Shown piece after piece: positions 15,322 through 21,178 of a DNA stretch of 21,178 nt (positions are counted from its first letter, which is position 1; the number at the start of each line of letters is the position of its first letter). The DNA comes from an uncultured bacterium (GTDB taxonomy: Bacteria > Krumholzibacteriota > Krumholzibacteriia > Krumholzibacteriales > WJIX01). The position numbers were made by a program, and so were the translations under genes. The stretch is from positions 1 through 21,178 of the forward strand of contig CAZAUK010000026.1 in the NCBI GenBank assembly GCA_964488475.1, read 5' to 3'. The notes beneath the pieces are model-generated. The model did not search any database, was not told where the DNA came from, and saw nothing but the letters and a program-made list of their open reading frames with translations.

Positions 15322-16449
15322 ATGCTGAAGAAGAGCCTGCGCCTGTTCCAGCTGTGGGGGATACCCGTAGAGCTGCACGTGAGCTGGCTGCTCATCCTGG
15401 TGCTGATAACCTGGAGCTTCGCCACAGGGTTTTATCCCGCCAATTATCCCGGGCTTTTTTCGTCCTTGCAGATTTGGGCCATGTCGCTTCTTACCGCCGT
15501 TCTACTTTTCATTTCAATCCTCCTTCACGAATTCAGCCATTCGCTGGTTGCCAAGCGAAACGGCCTGCCCATAGGAAAGATAACTCTGTTCATGTTCGGA
15601 GGGGTGGCCCAGATGAAAAACGAGGTGGAAAGTCCCGGGGTAGAATTGAGAATGGCCTCGGCCGGCCCTGTCATGACCCTGGTGCTGGTGGGAGTCTTCT
15701 ATCTGCTTTCCCGGCTGCTGTATGGGGTCACATGGCTTTCCGTGCTGTTCCAGGCTCTTTCCAGTATCAACGCCGTCGTTTTCATATTCAACATGGTGCC
15801 TGGATTCCCCCTGGATGGGGGCAGGATTCTGAGGGCCTTGATATGGTACAAAAACGGAAATATTCTTAAAGCCACCAGATTCGCCAGCATGATCGGCAAG
15901 GGTTTCGCCCTTCTATTAATGGCATTCGGAGTTTTCAGCGTGCTGGTTTACTCCAACTTCATAGGAGGGATATGGCTGGTGATAATCGGTGGATTCCTGA
16001 GACAGGCGGCAAACAGGAGCTACAAGATAGTTCTCTACAGACAGGTGCTGGAAGAAATGGATCTGGAGGATATAGTAAGGCGGGATGTGGTCACGGTGAA
16101 TCCCTCGATGAATCTGGAGGCTCTGGTAAACGAATACTTCAGAAGATACCAGTATTTTTCATTCCCGGTCGTGGAGAACGGATTCCTGATAGGACTGGTA
16201 TCGATAGATGACGTAAAAAAGGTAAAAAAGACCTCATGGGCGGATACTATAGTGGCGAGGGTGGTCAACACCAGGCTGCGGGAGTTTGTCATTCACGGTT
16301 TTAATTCTCCGGGCAGGCTTTTTCAGCTGATCAACTCGAACAAGTACGATAATTTTCCCGTAGTGGACAGCACCGGGACTCTGCGCGGAATCATAAACAG
16401 AAGCGATTTCGAAAAAGCGGTCAAGGTCACCCTCTCCCTGAGCAGATAG
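15322..16449 (+). CDS. M50-family site-2 protease with a C-terminal CBS-domain pair (375 aa)
   Basis: HEFSH (HExxH) in a TM segment; second S2P motif NMVPGFPLDGGRIL (the LDG motif); multiple TM helices. The C-terminal roughly 130 aa show two CBS-like repeats (VVTVNP..., FPVVENGFLIGLVSIDDV, FPVVDSTGTLRGIINRSD). RBS AAAGGAAAACA. It starts 34 nt after panD, suggesting an operon. Confidence 0.8.
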   Translation: MLKKSLRLFQLWGIPVELHVSWLLILVLITWSFATGFYPANYPGLFSSLQIWAMSLLTAVLLFISILLHEFSHSLVAKRNGLPIGKITLFMFGGVAQMKNEVESPGVELRMASAGPVMTLVLVGVFYLLSRLLYGVTWLSVLFQALSSINAVVFIFNMVPGFPLDGGRILRALIWYKNGNILKATRFASMIGKGFALLLMAFGVFSVLVYSNFIGGIWLVIIGGFLRQAANRSYKIVLYRQVLEEMDLEDIVRRDVVTVNPSMNLEALVNEYFRRYQYFSFPVVENGFLIGLVSIDDVKKVKKTSWADTIVARVVNTRLREFVIHGFNSPGRLFQLINSNKYDNFPVVDSTGTLRGIINRSDFEKAVKVTLSLSR

Positions 16450-16468
16450 GCTGGCAACCACCCTCACA

Positions 16469-16521
16469 GTATAGCGGCGCGATACGGTATAGCGGCGCGA
16501 TACATTATAGCGGGCCGATCC
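16469..16521. repeat. Tandem dyad-symmetric repeat, about 2.5 copies of GTATAGCGGCGCGATAC
   Basis: Copies at 16469-16485 and 16487-16503 are identical; a degenerate third copy TATAGCGGGCCGATCC lies at 16506-16521. Each unit is an imperfect palindrome with half-sites GTATAGCG and CGCGATAC. It lies between the convergent 3' ends of the M50 gene and the lipoprotein gene. Confidence 0.6.
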
Positions 16522-16576
16522 GGCCGACTATATGCCTCAAAACGGTTAGCAATGCCTGCCATTTGATTTTCGTCGG

Positions 16577-16614
16577 GCGGCTGCCGTAAAGCCGCTTCAT
16601 GTTTACCAGCGGCT
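16577..16614. terminator. Overlapping alternative stem-loops; possible bidirectional terminator between convergent genes
   Basis: GCGGCT-gccgtaa-AGCCGC (16577-16595) is followed by TTCATGTTTACC on the plus strand. Alternatively AGCCGCT-tcatgtttacc-AGCGGCT (16590-16614) is followed by UUUAC on the minus strand. The U-tracts are poor. Confidence 0.3.
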
Positions 16615-16642
16615 GATACGGGCCCTCCCAACGTTACCCGCA

Positions 16643-17446
16643 CTACTCTTCAGCTTCAGGTTCCGGCTCCGGTTCTGGTTCCGGCATATTCTCTTCAAAG
16701 ATCGAATCATCTATGTTGACATCGAAAGAGATATCCTCCCATATGACCTCGCTGTATTTCGCCCCGTCCGTGTAAACGGTCTGCCTGAAAGGATACAGGT
16801 ATCCGTTTACTTCCCTGAAATCTTCCAGAAGAAGCTGGCGGTTCCCCTCTTCTATAATTCGAATCGGCCGGCGTGTCTTTCCGCTGATATCAAAATAGAC
16901 CGTGTCGCCTTCCATCACGCAGCCCACCCTGTCGAAATCCACCTCGGTGATAAGCGAATCCGGGGTGGGATCCTCCACCACGAAGAAGGTGTCGCAGCTG
17001 GTCAGATAATAGGTGGGAGCTTCTGTCATCTCCTTATAGCTCTTTTTGACCGTAGAGGTGTAACGGGGGCGCTGGCGCACGTTCATGTTTACTTCTGCCC
17101 AGACCATTCCGTCGTTGTAGTAATAGGTGTAGTAGAACGGATGGTCGAAGGCGCCGAAATTCTGATCGATCTTCATCTTGTCCGGTTTCTTGACATGTAT
17201 CGTGTATTCGGCCCTGAGTGTTCCCCAACCTGGATTGTAATTGGTGAGGAGCCCTTTCTGAACACGGGTTTCCCATTGGGTGGCGTTATTCTTTCCGCCC
17301 ATCTCCTTAACGGATTCCGCCAGGATCTTCTCCGCCGGGCTGGAGTACTGTTCTTCGCAGGATGAAAAAACGGCGCAAAGAGCGGCCGCGGCAAATACCG
17401 GAATCAATAATACTGCGATTTTATCTCCAATGGAAAAATTATGCAT
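16643..17446 (-). CDS. Lipoprotein of unknown function with a C-terminal (PE)n acidic tail (267 aa)
   Basis: Lipobox signal ...AAAALCAVFSSC. RBS GGAGGAG. C-terminus NMPEPEPEPEPEAEE. It starts 12 nt after the stop of the aldo/keto-reductase gene, suggesting an operon. Confidence 0.65.
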   Translation of the reverse strand: MHNFSIGDKIAVLLIPVFAAAALCAVFSSCEEQYSSPAEKILAESVKEMGGKNNATQWETRVQKGLLTNYNPGWGTLRAEYTIHVKKPDKMKIDQNFGAFDHPFYYTYYYNDGMVWAEVNMNVRQRPRYTSTVKKSYKEMTEAPTYYLTSCDTFFVVEDPTPDSLITEVDFDRVGCVMEGDTVYFDISGKTRRPIRIIEEGNRQLLLEDFREVNGYLYPFRQTVYTDGAKYSEVIWEDISFDVNIDDSIFEENMPEPEPEPEPEAEE

Positions 17447-17458
17447 TTGTCTCCTCCA

Positions 17459-18697
17459 TCAAACCGTTAGGGTAGAATGCGCGTCGATCATCTTAGACTT
17501 TACGGGCAGCCCAAATCCGCATGAACTTTCACAGACACCCGTGCAAGAAAGGCAACGCGAAGCCATCTTGGCCCGGGGAAGCGATGCGTAACGCTGCATC
17601 GCGTATTTCTCCCGGCCGTAGTTTCTGAAGTACAGGTCGTAGCGGAGAATGTCATGAATGGGCACATTGTAGGGGCATGCTTTCAGGCATCCGTCGCAAC
17701 CGGGGCGGCAGTAATCATGAGCTAATTTTGCTCCATATCCCTCGAGGACTCTTCTTTCCCTCAGTGACATCTTGGGTCGGCCCGAGACTTCGACAAACTC
17801 GTTGATCTGCTCGAACGACCTCATGGTTATTGCTATGGTATCGATGTTCGGTTGGGCCAGAAGCCATTTGATCAATGCCTGCCTGGCTGTTCTGCCCTCT
17901 TTCATGTACTCGCTGTAGTCGATTTTACGCGCCGCCGACAGGGATTTCATGGCCACCACGGCAACGCCTTTCTTTTTCGCCTTGGCGAGCACTGGTTCTA
18001 TGCCCTTCGTCATCATGTTCATTCCGGGCATGATCATACCTATATCAGTGTTCTCGATCAGCCAGCCCAGTTCCTCCGCCATCTTGGGACCGTGGGAACT
18101 TGCTCCCCAGCAACGGATCTTGCCCTGCGATATCGCTTTCTCGAAGGCCTTATAGATATTCTCATTCTCTAATCTGGCCTGGCCGCCGCGGCTGGGATCG
18201 CCCACCGAGTGAATCAGGCAACTGTCTATATAGTCGGTGTTCAGGCGCTTGAGACTTTCTTCTATTCCGGCCAATACCTCATCCACTGTGACCTCGGCGG
18301 TGATCAGCTCCGGCATAAGTTTGGTGGTCACGAACAGTTTGCCGCGCTTCTCGGGAAAAATCTGTCCGACCACTTTTTCCATCTCATAATACTGACGGGC
18401 CGTATCGACGTAGTTTATACCCCGCTCCATGGCGTATTCCAGGGTTGAGGGATCGGTCATTCCGGCGTTGCCGAAAGAGATATCGCTGACTTTCCAGCCG
18501 GTACTCCCCAGCTTTCTGTATTCGTTTATCTGGGGCGGTTTCTTTTCTGCGCCGGCGGCGTTACCCGCGCTTTTCTTTTCCTGAGCGCCGGAAACGGAAC
18601 CGGCCAGGCCGGATAATCCCAGTCCAGCGCTTACTATCGATGCCGCGCCGGTTCTCAAAAACGACCTCCTCGAGATGTTCTTGTCGGAATCTTTCAT
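17459..18697 (-). CDS. Tat-exported aldo/keto reductase-family oxidoreductase with a Cys-rich (putative Fe-S) C-terminal extension (412 aa)
   Basis: Twin-arginine signal SRRSFLRTGAASIVSAGLG. AKR core motifs GINYVDTARQYY and LIHSVGDP. The C-terminal roughly 80 aa carry nine Cys (CRPGCDGCLKACPY...CLSCTGVCESSCGFG). Strong RBS AAAAGGAGGAAAG. Confidence 0.7.
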   Translation of the reverse strand: MKDSDKNISRRSFLRTGAASIVSAGLGLSGLAGSVSGAQEKKSAGNAAGAEKKPPQINEYRKLGSTGWKVSDISFGNAGMTDPSTLEYAMERGINYVDTARQYYEMEKVVGQIFPEKRGKLFVTTKLMPELITAEVTVDEVLAGIEESLKRLNTDYIDSCLIHSVGDPSRGGQARLENENIYKAFEKAISQGKIRCWGASSHGPKMAEELGWLIENTDIGMIMPGMNMMTKGIEPVLAKAKKKGVAVVAMKSLSAARKIDYSEYMKEGRTARQALIKWLLAQPNIDTIAITMRSFEQINEFVEVSGRPKMSLRERRVLEGYGAKLAHDYCRPGCDGCLKACPYNVPIHDILRYDLYFRNYGREKYAMQRYASLPRAKMASRCLSCTGVCESSCGFGLPVKSKMIDAHSTLTV

Positions 18698-18833
18698 CTT
18701 TCCTCCTTTTACTGGCGATCTTCTGGGTTATGTTTGTTCGCGGTTTTCATCGCGGAGGAAACTGCAAATCTTCTTCGATCTATTTGTTACCTGTTACCGG
18801 ACCGATGAAACTGGTAAGATTCAGCCGTTACGC

Positions 18834-20954
18834 TTAATCAGAATCCTCCTCACTCTCCAGGCCGTAGTGCTCGTCCAGAATCAGATCCGGCATGGGGCCG
18901 TCCAGTGGTCTGGCCTCTTTAACGTACCAGTCGTACCACTGCAGGTGTCTATAAAGTACGTCTATCCTGCCGGGTTGTTTCCTGTTTCCATGTCCCTCCC
19001 CGGGATACCGGACCATCCGGACGGCGGGGTGTTTGTTCATCTTCAGTCTTCGGTAAAGCTCCAGACTCTGTCCCGGATGGACTCTGGGATCTGCGGTGCC
19101 CCCCAGGATCAGCACCGCCGTTTCGCTCCGATTGGCGTAGTAGACAGGGCTTCTCTTAATACTGTATTCCCACATCTCCCATGATTCATCCAGCAGTTTT
19201 CCGGAGTGGACGTAAAGCTCTTCGTAGGGGATGTCGGTGGTGCTCCTTTTGCTTACCAGGTCGCTGATTCCCACGAACACGCAGACCGCCCGGACGTAAT
19301 CGGTATAGTAGGTGCCGAACCAGGCTGAGGCGTAACCTCCGTAGGAGCCGCCTCCCATTCCCACCCGTTCGGGGTCGGCTATTCCCCTGTCTACCAGGAA
19401 TTCGATTCCATCGGCCAGGTCGTCGAACTCTTTTCCCGCGGCGTCCATGTAGCCCTGCATTCCAAACTCCACCCCGTAGCCGGTGCTGGCCCGGTAGTTG
19501 GGATAGAAGACCACGTATCCCCGGGAGGCCAGGACCTGGGCCGGGTTGAAATAAGAGCCGATCCAGCCGTTGGTGTAGTGCGATTCGGGCCCGCCGTGGA
19601 TTCCCATGACCAGCGGATACCTTTCACCGTTTTCGTAGCCGGCGGGATAGACCAGGATTCCTTCTATCTCGAGCCCGTCGCGGGCTGTATATCTGACCAC
19701 TTCCTGCCTGCCGAGATTTCTTTCTGATATCCATGGATTAAGCTCGGTGAGCCTTTTCGGGTCGCCGGAGCCTTCCTTCCAGTAGAATATGTCACCGGGA
19801 ATCCGGGGTGATTGGCAGACCAGAGCGAAATGCTTGGAATCTCCGGTATGGTCGTACGAGCCGATCACCAGCCCCATCCGCTCCCCGTCCAGGATCTTCT
19901 TCCTGTCATCTCCATCGGATTCGATGGCATATATATTATTCCAGACTCCCTCGGCAGCCTCGTAGATTATGGTGTCGTCGTCCTTCCATCCGACCCTGGT
20001 GATATGCCCTCTGAAATCCGGTTCGGTCAGGTTCTTGGGCTTGTCGCCGTCTGTTTCGATGACATATGCCTGGCTCACCGCGTGGTCCTTCAGGTTCAGC
20101 GACGCTGCGTAGGCGATCTTTGACCCGTCGGGGCTGAACATGAAGTTTCCCATTTTACCCTCATGGGTTGTGAGCTGTCCGGTATCGCCTGATTCAGCAT
20201 CTACCAGATATATGTCCTTGAACATATACCGGTGGTCGACCAGATTCTTCGGCGATATCATGGCGGCTATGGTCTCGCCGTCCGGGCTGAACTGGAAGTC
20301 CCATACCACCTTGTCTCTGGTTATCCGATGGGCTTCCGCCGGAGGGTCTTCGTATTTGAATGGGACTATGTATATGTCGCGGTGCTTTAGGTTTTCTTCA
20401 AAGTATATAAAATCATACCCTTTGTCTTCGAGCGTTTCTTCTGTCTCGCTCTCTGGTTCGGTGGCGACGAAGGCGATCTTCTCTCCTGAGGGATGCCACC
20501 TGAAGAGAGGAACACCTGTATCACTGCTGGTCACCGGCATAGATTCGCCGCCGTCCACCGGAATGGCCCAGACCTGCCGTTTGGACCCTTCTCCCCGTTT
20601 CATGAGAAAAGCGATGTGGGAGCCGTCCGGGCTGAAGACCGGTGAGCTTATGTTTACCTTTCCGGTTATGAAAGGGTGCGTATCACCCGTTCGGGTCGAT
20701 ACCAGGTAGAGCTCGGTGTAGCCTCCGCCAGGCTCATCATCCGGCTCGCGCCCGGAATAGACGATATAGGCGATCCATTCTCCATTCGGGCTGATCCTGG
20801 CGTAGTAGCTCCGCTCGATCTTCATAGCGTCTCGAGGAGTGAACTCTGTCAGATTCTGAGCCCAAACGACGCCTGCTAGGGCGGCCGCGGAAACCGATAG
20901 GGCCATAAAAATCATTAACGACTTTATAACTGAGACTTTCGGGATTGACATCAT
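18834..20954 (-). CDS. S9-family serine peptidase (prolyl-oligopeptidase / acylaminoacyl-peptidase-like) with an N-terminal beta-propeller, secreted (706 aa)
   Basis: Signal peptide. PD40-like repeats (FSPDGSHIAF, FSPDGSKIAYAAS). Nucleophile motif GGSYGGY (GxSxGG). Catalytic-His region YPGEGHGN. RBS AGAAGGAGGA. Confidence 0.85.
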   Translation of the reverse strand: MMSIPKVSVIKSLMIFMALSVSAAALAGVVWAQNLTEFTPRDAMKIERSYYARISPNGEWIAYIVYSGREPDDEPGGGYTELYLVSTRTGDTHPFITGKVNISSPVFSPDGSHIAFLMKRGEGSKRQVWAIPVDGGESMPVTSSDTGVPLFRWHPSGEKIAFVATEPESETEETLEDKGYDFIYFEENLKHRDIYIVPFKYEDPPAEAHRITRDKVVWDFQFSPDGETIAAMISPKNLVDHRYMFKDIYLVDAESGDTGQLTTHEGKMGNFMFSPDGSKIAYAASLNLKDHAVSQAYVIETDGDKPKNLTEPDFRGHITRVGWKDDDTIIYEAAEGVWNNIYAIESDGDDRKKILDGERMGLVIGSYDHTGDSKHFALVCQSPRIPGDIFYWKEGSGDPKRLTELNPWISERNLGRQEVVRYTARDGLEIEGILVYPAGYENGERYPLVMGIHGGPESHYTNGWIGSYFNPAQVLASRGYVVFYPNYRASTGYGVEFGMQGYMDAAGKEFDDLADGIEFLVDRGIADPERVGMGGGSYGGYASAWFGTYYTDYVRAVCVFVGISDLVSKRSTTDIPYEELYVHSGKLLDESWEMWEYSIKRSPVYYANRSETAVLILGGTADPRVHPGQSLELYRRLKMNKHPAVRMVRYPGEGHGNRKQPGRIDVLYRHLQWYDWYVKEARPLDGPMPDLILDEHYGLESEEDSD

Positions 20955-20997
20955 GTCCTCCTTCTGTGATGAGGGGGTGTATATGCGTGCTCAGAAG

Positions 20998-21026
20998 ATT
21001 ATAGAGGAGGCGGTAGAATTATTCCA
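20998..21026 (-). promoter_or_regulatory. Candidate sigma70-type promoter for the S9 peptidase (perfect -10 TATAAT, weak -35 TGGAAT, 17-nt spacer)
   Basis: Minus-strand reading: TGGAAT (21021-21026 rc), 17 nt, TATAAT (20998-21003 rc). The -10 is about 44 nt upstream of the ATG at 20954. The -35 matches consensus at only 3 of 6 positions. Confidence 0.3.
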
Positions 21027-21060
21027 GAATTAATCAAAACAGTTGTATATCCTGAAATAT

Positions 21061-21098
21061 TTATAAATTTCTCAATCCACAAATAATTATAAATTTCT
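21061..21098. repeat. 12-bp direct repeat TTATAAATTTCT x2 in an AT-rich block upstream of the S9 peptidase promoter
   Basis: Exact copies at 21061-21072 and 21087-21098 (26-bp spacing, about 2.5 helical turns). They lie in a roughly 130-bp stretch (21030-21160) that is far more AT-rich than the rest of the window. Confidence 0.5.
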
Positions 21099-21178
21099 TG
21101 TCTCTGAAATAATGTAATTTATCTTGATTTTTTCCAGATTTATCCTTGACAGGATTTTGGGGTTGTTTCCGGCTATAT

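Noticed and set aside
15354-16467. ORFs 15354..15869(+), 15699..15899(-), 15972..16211(+), 16035..16292(-) and 16234..16467(-), inside the M50/CBS gene
   Set aside because: Alternative frames. The called frame has HEFSH and the LDG motif.
16469-16521. Possibility that the tandem repeat is a CRISPR array
   Set aside because: It has only about 2.5 directly abutting copies with no spacers, and the unit is 17-18 bp, far shorter than CRISPR repeats. No cas genes are present in the window.
1-21178. tRNA, rRNA or other structured ncRNA genes in intergenic regions 3303-3688, 6914-7080, 12508-12860 and 14583-14927
   Set aside because: I saw no cloverleaf-compatible 70-90-nt segment or rRNA-like conservation. 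The hairpins present are short GC stems, more consistent with terminators or operators. I cannot exclude small RNAs without covariance-model searches.

Overview
This 21.2-kb window has 19 protein-coding genes, most on the minus strand, plus two remnants of a disrupted peptidase gene. GC content is about 55-58%, ribosome-binding sites are GGAGG-like and promoters look sigma70-like. I called the features by eye from the sequence and the ORF track; no searches were run, and I found no rRNA, tRNA, CRISPR array or transposase. A classic T9SS C-terminal sorting domain on one gene suggests an FCB-group bacterium.

Gene content in order:
- 101-3302: an FG-GAP-repeat protein carrying a T9SS C-terminal sorting domain, flanked by two small secreted proteins. 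Both small proteins end in the same unusual tail, SWGx[IV]KSIY. Each has its own promoter, and the second also has a clear terminator.
- 3689-4989: two collinear remnants of an S9 (prolyl-oligopeptidase-family) peptidase. Between them, on the opposite strand, sits a lower-GC cassette encoding a small Pol-beta-fold nucleotidyltransferase.
- 5133-8583: a minus-strand run containing a zinc-ribbon protein, a DASS/SLC13 permease, a PAP2 phosphatase and an outer-membrane beta-barrel protein.
- 8745-12507: a tightly coupled four-gene operon. An SPFH (Band_7_1) protein with three C-terminal zinc ribbons is followed by three paralogous zinc-ribbon proteins, two of them tail-anchored in the membrane.
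- 12861-16449: a PaaK/CapK-like adenylate-forming enzyme fused to a PanD-like C-terminal domain, then a canonical standalone panD, then an M50 site-2 protease with CBS domains.
- 16643-20954: a lipoprotein with a (PE)n acidic tail, a Tat-exported aldo/keto reductase with a Cys-rich C-terminus, and an intact S9 peptidase.

The most striking candidate for something new is the PaaK-like/PanD-like fusion next to standalone PanD. The two PanD-type sequences have lost reciprocal halves of the catalytic residue set, which suggests an obligate heteromeric aspartate decarboxylase or a PanD-regulatory module. Other leads are:
- the SPFH/zinc-ribbon operon;
- the peptidase gene disrupted by the nucleotidyltransferase cassette;
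- the shared C-terminal tail on the two secreted proteins;
- a tandem dyad-symmetric repeat in a convergent intergenic region.
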